From positions 320,001 to 384,000 of the forward strand of contig NZ_CP157522.1 of NCBI RefSeq assembly GCF_049075655.1: 64,000 bases of DNA, read 5' to 3'. Below, piece by piece: positions 21,318 through 32,230 of the stretch (position 1 is the first letter of the stretch; every line of letters starts with the position of its first letter). Origin of the DNA: Methanothermococcus sp. Ax23 (GTDB lineage Archaea; AGJL01; Methanococci; Methanococcales; Methanococcaceae). Both the position numbers and the translations under genes were made by a program. The notes below the pieces were generated by a model. It did no database searches and had not been told where the DNA came from. It saw nothing but the letters and a program-made list of their open reading frames with translations.

Positions 21318-22970
21318 ATGGTTGATTATGATAATACAGATGCCATTTATAAAAAATTTATAAGGTGTATAATAGATAAATTATTGTTAAATAAGGATAA
21401 GTTAAACTCCCTTCCACCAAAGAGGAAAAAACAAAAGGTTGAAGATATTAAGGCACAGTGTTTGAGAAAATTTGATTTAAATATTGGATTTCCCCCAAAT
21501 TCAGAAATAATAAAATATGCAACAGAAGATGAAAAGAAAGAAATAATACCTCTTCTTAGAAAAAAACCAATTAGAACACTATCAGGGGTTGCAGTGGTGG
21601 CAGTAATGACATCCCCTGACAAATGCCCCCATGGAAAATGCTTCTTCTGTCCCGGGGGGGCTGAAAGCACCTTTGGGGATGTTCCTCAGAGCTATACTGG
21701 TAAGGAGCCCGCCACAATGAGAGGTCTCATGTATGGATTTGACCCATATATTCAGACAAAGGAGAGAATAGAACAGCTTGAAAAAGTGGGGCATCCAACG
21801 GACAAAATAGAATTAATTATAATGGGCGGAACATTTCCTGCAAGACCTATTGAATATCAGGATAGTTTTATAAAGGGATGCCTTGATGCCATGAACGGCA
21901 CAATATCAGAAACACTTGAAGAGGCACAGAAAATAAACGAAACCGCAAAACATAGATGTGTGGCCATTACAATTGAAACAAGACCTGATTACTGTAAAGA
22001 AAAGGAAATAAACCAAATGCTTAAATTAGGTGCTACTAGGGTAGAGCTCGGAGTCCAAACAATATATAACGATATTTTGGAGTATATAAAAAGAGGACAT
22101 ACTGTTGAAGATACCATAAAAGCAACGCAATTATTAAAGGACAGCGGTTTAAAGGTGTCATACCATATTATGCCGGGGCTTCCTAAATCTTCAAAGGAAC
22201 TTGATAAAAAGGTATTTTATGAAGTATTCAATAATCCAGATTTTAAACCGGATTTAATAAAAATATACCCGTGCCTTGTGATAGAAGGAACTGAGTTATA
22301 TGAAATATGGGAAAAAGGAGAATTTAAACCAATAAATGATGATGAAGCAATAGAGCTCATCACCTATGCAAAATCCATAATGCCAAAATGGGTAAGGACT
22401 TCACGAATACAGAGGGATATTCCAGCAACAGTAATTGAGGAAGGAGTTAAGAAAAGCAATTTAGGTGAGCTCGTTTATAAGAACCTTGATAAAAAAGGCA
22501 TAAAATGTAAGTGTATAAGATGTAGGGAAGTAGGGCATGTAATGTATAAAAAAGGAATTATTCCAGATGTTGAGAATATAAAATTATGTAGGGAAGATTA
22601 TATTGCAAGTGGCGGAACAGAGATATTCCTATCCTACGAGGATGTTAAAAATGACATACTTATTGGATATTTAAGATTAAGGATACCGTATAAGCCATTC
22701 AGACCAGAGATAGACGACAAAACCGCATTGGTAAGGCAGTTGCATGTGTGCGGTCAGGAGCAGAAATTAACCGAAAAGGAAGGGAAAGAAACAGCATGGC
22801 AGCATAAAGGATACGGTAAATTATTATTAAAAGAGGCTGAAAGAATAGCAAAAGATGAATTTGATAAAAATAAATTGCTGATTACAAGCGGTATTGGTGC
22901 AAGGGAATATTATAGAAAGTTAGGATATGAACGAGTTGGGGCATACATGGGGAAAATGTTATATAAATAA
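21318..22970 (+). CDS. elp3: Elp3 tRNA uridine(34) acetyltransferase (radical SAM + KAT)
   Basis: RTLSGVAVVAVM, CPHGKCFFCPGG, QHKGYG. Confidence 0.95.
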   Translation: MVDYDNTDAIYKKFIRCIIDKLLLNKDKLNSLPPKRKKQKVEDIKAQCLRKFDLNIGFPPNSEIIKYATEDEKKEIIPLLRKKPIRTLSGVAVVAVMTSPDKCPHGKCFFCPGGAESTFGDVPQSYTGKEPATMRGLMYGFDPYIQTKERIEQLEKVGHPTDKIELIIMGGTFPARPIEYQDSFIKGCLDAMNGTISETLEEAQKINETAKHRCVAITIETRPDYCKEKEINQMLKLGATRVELGVQTIYNDILEYIKRGHTVEDTIKATQLLKDSGLKVSYHIMPGLPKSSKELDKKVFYEVFNNPDFKPDLIKIYPCLVIEGTELYEIWEKGEFKPINDDEAIELITYAKSIMPKWVRTSRIQRDIPATVIEEGVKKSNLGELVYKNLDKKGIKCKCIRCREVGHVMYKKGIIPDVENIKLCREDYIASGGTEIFLSYEDVKNDILIGYLRLRIPYKPFRPEIDDKTALVRQLHVCGQEQKLTEKEGKETAWQHKGYGKLLLKEAERIAKDEFDKNKLLITSGIGAREYYRKLGYERVGAYMGKMLYK

Positions 22971-23079
22971 ATACCATTACAGATATATTTAATCAAAAAT
23001 AAGCATTACTCTATAACTAAAACATATGATAAAAAATAAAAAAAATAAAAATAAAAATAAAACATTAAAAGGTGAAAAA

Positions 23080-23733
23080 ATGAAGTTTTTCTTAGATACT
23101 GCAAATGTTGATAAAATTAGAGAATTCGCTGAATTAGGAATGGTAGATGGCGTTACAACAAACCCAACACTTATTGCAAAGGAAGGCAGAGATTTCCACG
23201 AAGTAATTAAAGAAATATGTTCAATTGTAGATGGCCCAGTAAGTGCCGAGGTAACTGCACTTGATGCAGAAGGTATGATAAATGAAGCAAGAGAGCTCTC
23301 AAAACTTGCAGATAATGTTGTGATTAAAATACCTATGACAAAGGAAGGAATGAAGGCAGTAAATGTTTTATCAAAAGAAGGTATAAAAACAAATGTTACC
23401 CTTATCTTCTCAGCAAATCAGGCATTAATGGCGGCAAAAGCAGGTGCTACCTATGTATCCCCATTCGTTGGAAGATTGGATGATATTGGTCAAAATGGAA
23501 TGCAGTTAATAGCTGAAATTGTTCAGATATTCAGAAACTACGACATAAAAACAGAGATAATTGTGGCATCTGTAAGACATCCAATGCATGTAATAGAAGC
23601 TGCTGAGCTCGGTGCAGACATTGCAACAATTCCATTTGCAGTATTGGATAAAATGTTCAACCACCCATTAACAGATAAGGGTATTGACGCGTTTATGAAG
23701 GATTGGGAAGAATATTTGAAAAATAAAGAGTAA
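23080..23733 (+). CDS. tal: Transaldolase (type 3B)
   Basis: [28 protein letters not shown]; GGTGA RBS before 23080. Confidence 0.93.
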   Translation: MKFFLDTANVDKIREFAELGMVDGVTTNPTLIAKEGRDFHEVIKEICSIVDGPVSAEVTALDAEGMINEARELSKLADNVVIKIPMTKEGMKAVNVLSKEGIKTNVTLIFSANQALMAAKAGATYVSPFVGRLDDIGQNGMQLIAEIVQIFRNYDIKTEIIVASVRHPMHVIEAAELGADIATIPFAVLDKMFNHPLTDKGIDAFMKDWEEYLKNKE

Positions 23734-23779
23734 AAAATAAAATATCAATTTATTTTTTTATAATATTTTCAGTAATAAA

Positions 23780-24643
23780 TTATAAATATCCTTTTTCTTG
23801 CATTTTTTCTTTATAATATGTTGAGATAGACCTATATAAAGCCACAGAAGTGAAAAATCCTATAAATGATAATAGGACAGAATTAATAACTGCGGAAATG
23901 ATTAATAATATTACATTATTGTCTGATAATGCCGCCCCAACTCCCATAAACAATCCCGGCAATGATGCTATAAATGACAATGCCATCATTATTATGATTA
24001 ATACAATTACCAATAGAACGTATTTTAAAGATAATAGACTAATGATTTTTTTGAATTCAAAGAATCCTTTAAATCCAACATTTGCAAAATTTACAGACGC
24101 CAAGTAGAAATAGAACATATACAATAATGCTATCAACAAATAGGCACCCAATACTGCGAAAAAGTATATTATCAACAGCAGAGGAATTCCAATTAAGTAG
24201 ATTCCGTATCCAATTATTGATGCAATTATTATGAATGGCAGGAATACAATTAAGGCGAGTAATAGGCTTCCAATGTAGAACATTATACCTTTTTTAAATA
24301 GGTCATACCATCCTTCCCATTCTGGCAGTTGAGTATCGTATGATTCCACAGTATTTTTAGCCAATTTCATATAGTATCCATATTGGAGTGAGCCAAATAT
24401 TATGGATAAAAATATAATTAATGCAAATACCCCAAGAAGACCCAACAATATGGAGTAGTCAAAACTTGCTGATGACTCCATATTTTGAACATGGTTATTT
24501 GCACGCAACATGGCATCGAATACTTGGGAAGGTAGCATATACATTAATCCAAATACCCCTCCAACAAATATTTTTTTCCAATCGGACATGGCATATTTAA
24601 ATGGTTCTTTAATGTATTTTTCAACAAACATATTTTCTCCCAT
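23780..24643 (-). CDS. DUF4013 membrane protein (paralog 1)
   Basis: EPFKYA.SDWKK, GY.., LPEWE.W..LF.KG. Confidence 0.8.
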   Translation of the reverse strand: MGENMFVEKYIKEPFKYAMSDWKKIFVGGVFGLMYMLPSQVFDAMLRANNHVQNMESSASFDYSILLGLLGVFALIIFLSIIFGSLQYGYYMKLAKNTVESYDTQLPEWEGWYDLFKKGIMFYIGSLLLALIVFLPFIIIASIIGYGIYLIGIPLLLIIYFFAVLGAYLLIALLYMFYFYLASVNFANVGFKGFFEFKKIISLLSLKYVLLVIVLIIIMMALSFIASLPGLFMGVGAALSDNNVILLIISAVINSVLLSFIGFFTSVALYRSISTYYKEKMQEKGYL

Positions 24644-24764
24644 TTATATAACCACCTTTTTTGATATTAAATATTACTTAGGTATTCAAATAATATATTT
24701 TTAAGTAATCAATAAAAAGTTTATTAACAGAAATGTTTATATGTGAGTTAATCATATTGTTTAA

Positions 24765-24915
24765 TGTCCAGCTCTCATCAACTTCAACTTAAACTTTAAA
24801 CGCTCCATTGACATCTGCATGGAATATTTTTTTAAGCAACTCCCGAGCTGTTCCCTTATAGAACAGTAGGGAGGATGGACAGTCCCATAATAATACGGGA
24901 GCGGGTGTCGATGAT
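24765..24915 (+). ncRNA. Candidate structured non-coding RNA
   Basis: BRE/TATA GAAATGTTTATA at about 24731. TGTCCA (24765) can pair with TGGACA (about 24877). Internal hairpin CTCCC-GAG-CTGTTC/GAACAG-TA-GGGAG. No ORF. Confidence 0.45.
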
Positions 24916-25049
24916 AAAGGTATTCAAAATATATCGGATATAATTACATGAAACTTATGGTATATTTTAAATATCTTTTGAGATACCTTCACACCCTCTT
25001 ATTTTTAATTTTTCTTTTTCTTATTTTTATTTTTTTAATTATTATTTAA

Positions 25050-26026
25050 TAGTATGGGTCAAAATATATAAACTATACTAAATATAACATTATAAAAAAG
25101 ACGATATTATGAGGGCTGAGGAAGTAGTAAATGAGATAATTACATCAGATTTAATTGACCAAATCCCTAAACGAAGAAAGGTAGGGAGGAAAGGATATAA
25201 TTTAGAGTTGAGGCTTAAACTATTAGTGTATGCCTTTTTAAAAGGCATACACTCAAATAGAGCGTTAGTATTACACTTACAAAATAATCCACAGATTTTA
25301 ACTGCATTAGGATTTAAATCCTGCCCTGGTAGAAGAACCATCGATAGATGGAAAAAATCCCTAGATGAAGAATTGCATGCAATAATTACTTTATTAGGTG
25401 ATAAATATATTGAACTGAATAATCCTGAATGGTCAATATACGATAGCACCCCAATCAAAGACGAACAAGATGAGGATGGAAAGATAGGATATAACAGTGA
25501 AGGAATGTTTAAAGGCTTCAAATTACATTTAGCAGTGGATAAAAAGGGGATACCATTAAGAGCAGAATTTACCACAGCAAATACTCATGATTGTAAAGTG
25601 GCTGATAAATTATTAGTATGCACTAAGAAATCCTGTGCAGATGCGGGTTATGATTCAAAAGATTTAAAAAAATTTCACAAATCCTTTGGATTTGCTTATT
25701 TCCTCGCTATCGCTCGGAAAAGCCATGGAATTATACCAAAACGAACTAATAACTGCCCACAATCCAAGAAGATTAGGTAAGAAAAATAAAAAGAAACTTC
25801 CGAAGGAAATTTCTAAGATAAGAGTTAAAATAGAACATACCAATTCGATATTAAAGAACAGATTTATGAATAAGTTTTGGATTAACATTAAAGGCTATAT
25901 CCGTAAAAAAGTATTCTGTCTCTGTGCAGTGGCTTCTGCACAGGTTTTAGCGTTATATAATCTCATTACCAGAGGTTACCCTTATATGAAAGTCTTAGAG
26001 GTTAGGGTGTAATATGACCCACACTA
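25050..26026 (+). mobile_element. IS5/IS982-like DDE insertion sequence
   Basis: TIRs TAGTATGGGTCA / TGACCCACACTA (11/12). 11-bp direct repeat TTATTATTTAA at 25039-25049 and 26027-26037. Confidence 0.85.
25109..26012 (+). pseudogene. DDE transposase frameshifted by a hairpin insertion at about 25673-25721
   Basis: IYDSTPI, GFKLHL, ADAGYDS in ORF1; RVKIEHTNS in ORF2. Removing 49 bp fuses them into about 284 aa. Confidence 0.85.
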
Positions 26027-26029
26027 TTA

Positions 26030-26908
26030 TTATTTAATTTTATTTATTTTATCAACATAGTAGTTTGAAAAGGATTTATAATATACCACATAAATAAAGA
26101 AAGAAATAAATGCAACTACTGACTCCCCAATAATATTTAATGATTCATTAATTACAATGTTTGGCAATACCATATCAAAAATAAATCCAAATATTGCAAA
26201 TATCATGGATATTGCAGAGATTATAATAAATATTCCAATGATATATATAATAACCAACAATAGATATTCAAGAGACATTAATTTTAAAATATACTTAAAT
26301 TCAAAAAATCCTTTAAATCCTTTTTTAGCAAAATTCACCGTTGCCAATGGTTCGTATATTGTATATATTACAAATCCCACCATATACAGCAATATGGCAA
26401 ATATAAATGTAATCCAAACCAATGGTTCAGGAGCTCCGATAGGTGGTATGTTGTAGGGCAAATTTCCATGAGCTCCTGAGAGATTATGAATAAATGAAAT
26501 ATATAAATATATCCCGATACCTAAAACAATAGTTGGTATTGCAAAAATTATTATTCCCAACAGTATCATTCCAACAGTCCATTTAATTCCATTTAGAAAC
26601 AAATCTTTAAAATTTTCCCATTTTGGTAAATGCCCTCCCCCATCTACCGTATTTTTTGCTATTTTTATTAAATATCCTGTTTGAATTATCAATAACATCA
26701 ATCCCAATAGTGCCAATATTCCCAAAATTGCGGCAATAATTTGCTCCACGATGGATAATTGATAAAATAATGAAAAATCTGGTAATATTAAACTTAATAA
26801 ATCAATAGATATATAAAATATCAATCCAAATACGCCACCAACAAATATCTTTTTCCAGTCTGATATTGCGTATTTTATCGGTTCTTTAAAATATCGTTCT
26901 ATAAACAT
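26030..26908 (-). CDS. DUF4013 membrane protein (paralog 2)
   Basis: Same motifs as paralog 1 (EPIKYAISDWKKIFVGGVFGL, LPKWE, NFA..GFKGFFEFK). Confidence 0.8.
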   Translation of the reverse strand: MFIERYFKEPIKYAISDWKKIFVGGVFGLIFYISIDLLSLILPDFSLFYQLSIVEQIIAAILGILALLGLMLLIIQTGYLIKIAKNTVDGGGHLPKWENFKDLFLNGIKWTVGMILLGIIIFAIPTIVLGIGIYLYISFIHNLSGAHGNLPYNIPPIGAPEPLVWITFIFAILLYMVGFVIYTIYEPLATVNFAKKGFKGFFEFKYILKLMSLEYLLLVIIYIIGIFIIISAISMIFAIFGFIFDMVLPNIVINESLNIIGESVVAFISFFIYVVYYKSFSNYYVDKINKIK

Positions 26909-27013
26909 ACTCCACCCCCTTTCTTTTAATAATACTATAAATAAAATATATATAAATTTTTTTAATATTAAATTGAATGCGTTAATAAAATGTAAAATAG
27001 ATTTTAAATTTGA

Positions 27014-27861
27014 TTAGTTCCTTCTTCTGTTTATTAAATACAATATAGATGCTGAGGATATAATTAAAGCACCAATTGGAATTGGAGTAGGAATGGAAAT
27101 AAGAGAATTGCTTGGAAGGAAGAAAGGAGAACCATCGGGATTAGTAGGAGGAGCATATGTTAAAGTTTTATTTGCATCTGGTGTATTACCGCTTATATTA
27201 TATATAGTTGCATTAGAACCATTTAATGGAATTATAGCCCTGTATGTCTCACCGCCTCCACGATTTTTGTATGGCATTGTGACATTCCAAGTTTCATTTG
27301 TATCAATATCAGTAAATACAAATGATGAGTTATGGAAATATCCTCCTGATTGATGAGCATCAAGGATTTCTACTCCATTTTCAGTTATGTTTAAGTTCCA
27401 ATGCCCATCGGCGTAGTTATCATCCCTCCAATTATCATTCATAATTACGATACCTGTGAGCCTATGGGAATCTCTGTCACATAGGGCAAAGAAGTAACAT
27501 TATTAGTATTACCCCCTGACTGTTCAAATATTGTGTATGTAGTTCCATTTGGTGCAGTCCATGATAATGCGGCTGTTGGTGCTGGGTCGGTTGTTCCTTT
27601 ATTATCCGTTAAAGGTATTGTTTGCCTAATGGTTTGCCCGTTGTCTAATTCATAAACCATTACTGCATAGTTGTAATCCCAACCTAGATATTTGCTTTCC
27701 CCTTCAAAAGTATTATTCAATGGGTCGTAGTATGTTCCATTGTATTCATACACTCCAAGATATGCTTTAACCACTTTTGGAGGGGTATCTGCATACACAT
27801 AGGAAGAGGTTAAAAGCATTATTCCAATTAAGGGTAATGCATAGTTGGATTTAAATATCAT
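27014..27861 (-). pseudogene. Secreted surface protein with PIP-CTERM-like sorting signal, split by one frameshift
   Basis: Signal peptide in the upstream ORF; TPIP-TM-RRRN tail in the downstream ORF. The downstream frame is open upstream (..LTGIVIMND), overlapping the upstream ORF end. Confidence 0.6.
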
Positions 27862-27913
27862 AGTATCACTTTTATGATTTAAATGACATATCACAAATAT
27901 ACATATTTTGAAC

Positions 27914-29131
27914 TTACAACATATAAACTTTTACCTCGTCCCCCTTTTCATAACCTTCAATATTCTCATCGATAATTACATAGCCGTCTGCTTTTGTCAT
28001 TGAAGATAAAACACCACTCCCCGTTATTCTTAATGGTTCAATATAGGTTTTATTGTCTTTATTTATTAATTTTATTCTAACAATGTCGGTTCTTCCAAGT
28101 GTGGATGCAATATTTCTATTTAATGGAAGATAAACATGTTTTCGAGCTCTAAAATAACTTCTAAAAAACAGCTCAAATTGAACCGCAGAAGCGACCGGAT
28201 AGCCTGATAGTATGAATATGAATTTTTCTTCATCATTTAGAACACATTTTGCAAATCCAAATGGTTTTCCCGGTCTTATTTGAACTCCGTGCAATATTAC
28301 ATTTCCCATCTCTTTAATCACTTCAATTGTGTAATCCCTATCTCCAACAGATGTTCCGCCAGTTGTGATTATTATATCGTTCTCATTAAGTGCCTTCAAT
28401 ATTGTATTTTTTATTTCTTCCCTATTGTCCCTTGCTCTTTTGTATATTTTTGGAGTGAGCCCAGTTTCACATATCAATGAATAAAGCATTGGTGAGTTTG
28501 AATTTACTATTTTATATTCATTTTTTAATTCATCTATATTAGTAAAATCATCTAAATCAACCAATTCATCCCCTGTGGATATTAATCCGATTTTTAAATC
28601 ATAAACTTTAATATTTTTTATCCCTAATGACAATAATAGTGCTATGTGGTATGGTGTAATTACTTCCCCTTTTTTTATTATTAAATCTCCCTTTTTTACA
28701 TCTTCCCCAACCCTTGCAACATTCTCATAGGGATGAGCTCCCTTTCTAACTTCCACAAATCCATCTTCTTCAATACAGTATTCCTTCATCACTACGGCAT
28801 TTGCCCCTTTCGGAATGGGCATTCCAGTAGATACCTTTATGCACTCATCAGTTCCAATTTCTGCATTATTTGGGCTTTCATCAACTAAATTTAAGATTAT
28901 CGGATTATTTTCAGAAGCTCCAAATGTATCTTCCGCTATTACGGCATATCCATCCATTGCGGATTTGTTGAACATGGGCAAATCTATCGGAGCTCTTATA
29001 TCTTCAAAAGAAATTTTATTATGTGAGCTCAGGATATCAACAGTTTTATATTTATATTTCATCATTTCATTAAAGCTGTTGAATACGATATTTTTAGCCT
29101 CATTGTAGCTAATTAGATTTTTTAGAAGCAT
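27914..29131 (-). CDS. moeA: Molybdopterin molybdenumtransferase
   Basis: SAMDGYAV, TGMPIP.GA, STGDEL, TTGGTSVG.RD, RPGKP. Confidence 0.95.
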   Translation of the reverse strand: MLLKNLISYNEAKNIVFNSFNEMMKYKYKTVDILSSHNKISFEDIRAPIDLPMFNKSAMDGYAVIAEDTFGASENNPIILNLVDESPNNAEIGTDECIKVSTGMPIPKGANAVVMKEYCIEEDGFVEVRKGAHPYENVARVGEDVKKGDLIIKKGEVITPYHIALLLSLGIKNIKVYDLKIGLISTGDELVDLDDFTNIDELKNEYKIVNSNSPMLYSLICETGLTPKIYKRARDNREEIKNTILKALNENDIIITTGGTSVGDRDYTIEVIKEMGNVILHGVQIRPGKPFGFAKCVLNDEEKFIFILSGYPVASAVQFELFFRSYFRARKHVYLPLNRNIASTLGRTDIVRIKLINKDNKTYIEPLRITGSGVLSSMTKADGYVIIDENIEGYEKGDEVKVYML

Positions 29132-29250
29132 GTTGAACACCTAAAATTTTAATATAAATTAATTACAATTATAATGGTTAATATAATGACAATATTATTA
29201 TTTTACTTAAACTATAAAATATTATATAAAAAATAAAAAGGCGATGGATA

Positions 29251-30219
29251 ATGGATAAAGATTTAAGACCTATAATATGGGATGATGAAAATAACCAGTT
29301 AATATTGATTGACCAAAGAAAACTCCCAAATAGTTTGGAATACTTCACATGCAAAGATTACAATGATGTGGCATTTGCTATAAAAGATATGGTTGTAAGG
29401 GGAGCTCCTGCAATAGGAGTATCCGCGGCATACGGTATGGCACTTGCTGAATTAAATGATGATAATATAGAAAAAGCATATGAACAGTTAAAAAACACAC
29501 GACCAACTGCTGTAAATTTATTTTGGGCTTTGGATAGATGTATTAATGCATATAAAAGCAATAAATCAATATTGGACGAAGCAAAAAAGATTCACGAAGA
29601 AGATATTGAAGTATGTAGGAAAATAGGACAGATTGGGGAAAAAATTATCGATGATGGAGATACCATTCTAACCCATTGCAATGCAGGAGCTCTTGCCACT
29701 TCGGCATATGGAACAGCTTTAAGTGTAATTAGGTTTGCACACTACAACAACAAAAAAATCAATGTCATAGCAGATGAAACAAGACCAAGACTTCAAGGTG
29801 CAAAATTAACGGCATTTGAGCTTAACTATGAAGGTATTCCAGTTAAAGTAATTTCCGACAACACGGCGGGCTTTTTAATGAAAAAGGGAATGATTGATAA
29901 AATCATAGTTGGAGCAGATAGAGTTTTAAAAGATTACACAGTATTTAATAAAATAGGAACATATTCCCTTGCCGTTCTTGCAAAATACCACAACATACCT
30001 TTTTATGTGGCGGCTCCTTATTCAACATTTGATTTTAAAAACGATTTAGAGGATATTGTAATTGAAGAGAGGGATGAAAAGGAGGTTATATATATCGACG
30101 GCGTTAGAATAATTCCAGAAGGAGTTTCAGCATATAACTATGCCTTTGATAGCACACCGCCGGAGTTGATTGCAGGCATAATTACTGAGAAGGGGATAAT
30201 TTACCCCAATGAGAAATAA
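29251..30219 (+). CDS. mtnA: Methylthioribose-1-phosphate isomerase
   Basis: DQRKLP, MVVRGAPAIG, RPTAVNL, THCNAGALAT, ETRP.LQG. Confidence 0.93.
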   Translation: MDKDLRPIIWDDENNQLILIDQRKLPNSLEYFTCKDYNDVAFAIKDMVVRGAPAIGVSAAYGMALAELNDDNIEKAYEQLKNTRPTAVNLFWALDRCINAYKSNKSILDEAKKIHEEDIEVCRKIGQIGEKIIDDGDTILTHCNAGALATSAYGTALSVIRFAHYNNKKINVIADETRPRLQGAKLTAFELNYEGIPVKVISDNTAGFLMKKGMIDKIIVGADRVLKDYTVFNKIGTYSLAVLAKYHNIPFYVAAPYSTFDFKNDLEDIVIEERDEKEVIYIDGVRIIPEGVSAYNYAFDSTPPELIAGIITEKGIIYPNEK

Positions 30220-30441
30220 ATGATAAAATGAAAGTTAAAGAATAATATAAAAAACAATATCATAAATATAATTATAAAATTAACGAAAAATTATTTATAA
30301 TGCAAATTACTTTTAAGTTATGGCTAATTGTCATTTTGTAAATATTAAATTAAATATAACTATAAATCAATTATTTAATTTTATAGATATCATTATAATC
30401 AAAAATAAAAATAATACATTAAAAAATAAAAGGATGATAAT

Positions 30442-31758
30442 ATGTATGTATTGGGCGATTGGAGAAGAACGCACTTTTCAAATGAGATAACACCTGAAAT
30501 GGATGGAGAAGAAATTATCGTTATGGGATGGACCCATTCCATAAGAAAATTGGGAAAATTGGTATTTATCATATTGAGAGATAGAGAAGGAACAGTCCAA
30601 ATAGTAGTTCCTAAGCAGAAGGTATCAGAAGAAGTATTTACAACGGCAAAATCCGTAGGAAGAGAGGATGTTCTCGCTGTAAAGGGAAAAGTTGTGGCAA
30701 ATGAAAAGGCACCAGCGGGATATGAGGTAATACCTATTGAAATTAGAATATTGAACAAGGCAGATACTCCGCTTCCATTAGACCCATCAGAGAAGGTTCC
30801 TGCGGATATTGATACAAGATTGGACAAAAGATTTTTGGATTTAAGAAGACCAAAAATACAGGCATTATTTAAATTAAGGTCTGAAATGTTCAAATCAGTA
30901 AGAGATACATTTTATGACAATGGATTTATTGAGGTAAATACTCCAAAGCTTGTGGCAAGTGCAACAGAGGGAGGAACAGAATTATTCCCTATATCCTACT
31001 TTGAGAAAGAGGCATTTTTAGGTCAAAGTCCGCAGTTATACAAGCAGATGATGATGGCAGCAGGATTTGACAGAGTGTTTGAAATTGGTCCTATATTCAG
31101 GGCAGAGGAACACAACACAAGAAGACACTTAAACGAAGCTATATCAATTGACTGTGAAATGTCATTCTCAGATGAAAAGGATGCAATGAATGTTCTTGAA
31201 AAGATAGTCCATAATGTGTTTGCTGACTTGTATGAAAATAACCAGAAGGAGCTCCAAACATTAGGCATAAATTTGACTGTTCAAGAAACACCATTCCCAA
31301 GATTATCCTACACAGAAGCAGTTGATATTGTAAATTCAAAAGGAATAGAAATGGAATGGGGCGAAGACTTTTCAAGAGCTGCTGAAAAAGCGCTTGGAGA
31401 CTCCATGGAAGGATTCTATTTCATCACAGACTGGCCAACTGAAACAAGACCATTCTACACCCTTCCAAACCAGGAAGACCCTAAACTCTGTAAGGCATTT
31501 GACTTAATGTATAAGGATTTGGAGATTTCATCCGGAGCTCAGAGGAACCACAAATACGACTTACTTGTTGAAGGCATAAAAAGAATGGGACTCAACCCAG
31601 AAGGCTTTGGAACCTACTTAGAGGCATTTAAATACGGTATGCCACCGCATGCAGGTTGGGGATTAGGTGCAGAAAGATTTATGATGATAATCACCTGCCA
31701 AGAAAACATTAGAGAGTGTGTCTTATTCCCAAGAGACAGGCAGAGATTGACCCCATAA
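30442..31758 (+). CDS. aspS: Aspartyl-tRNA synthetase
   Basis: [33 protein letters not shown]. Confidence 0.97.
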   Translation: MYVLGDWRRTHFSNEITPEMDGEEIIVMGWTHSIRKLGKLVFIILRDREGTVQIVVPKQKVSEEVFTTAKSVGREDVLAVKGKVVANEKAPAGYEVIPIEIRILNKADTPLPLDPSEKVPADIDTRLDKRFLDLRRPKIQALFKLRSEMFKSVRDTFYDNGFIEVNTPKLVASATEGGTELFPISYFEKEAFLGQSPQLYKQMMMAAGFDRVFEIGPIFRAEEHNTRRHLNEAISIDCEMSFSDEKDAMNVLEKIVHNVFADLYENNQKELQTLGINLTVQETPFPRLSYTEAVDIVNSKGIEMEWGEDFSRAAEKALGDSMEGFYFITDWPTETRPFYTLPNQEDPKLCKAFDLMYKDLEISSGAQRNHKYDLLVEGIKRMGLNPEGFGTYLEAFKYGMPPHAGWGLGAERFMMIITCQENIRECVLFPRDRQRLTP

Positions 31759-31842
31759 TATTTAAAGGACTATTTGTAAAAACAATTACAGATTTTTTAA
31801 TTTTTTAAAATACCTAATAAAATAAAAAAGCTGGTGAAAATT

Positions 31843-32124
31843 ATGGTTTCAAAAGATGATGTTTTAAATGCTTTGAAAAAAGTTGCAGACCCCCACATGG
31901 GAATTAGCATAGTAGATATGGGATTGATAAAAAATGTAGAAATCGACGAAGAAAATAATGTTTCATTTGATTTAATTCCTACAAACCCAGGATGTATGAG
32001 TGTAATGGGCATGGCTATGGGAGCAAAAGAAGTTGTTAAAGAGATTGAAGGCGTAAAGGATGTAAAGGTAACTGTAAAAGGGCATATGATGGAAGAAGAC
32101 ATAAACAAAATCATTAACGGATAA
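31843..32124 (+). CDS. DUF59/SufT metal-sulfur cluster assembly factor
   Basis: LKKVADPH..SIVDMGLI, TNPGC. Confidence 0.85.
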   Translation: MVSKDDVLNALKKVADPHMGISIVDMGLIKNVEIDEENNVSFDLIPTNPGCMSVMGMAMGAKEVVKEIEGVKDVKVTVKGHMMEEDINKIING

Positions 32125-32230
32125 ATTTTTTATTTATTTTTTATTTTTCATATATACAATATTTTTTATATAATTATTTTTATTATTTTTATCACTATTT
32201 TAGATTATAATTATAAATTTATCTGGTGAA

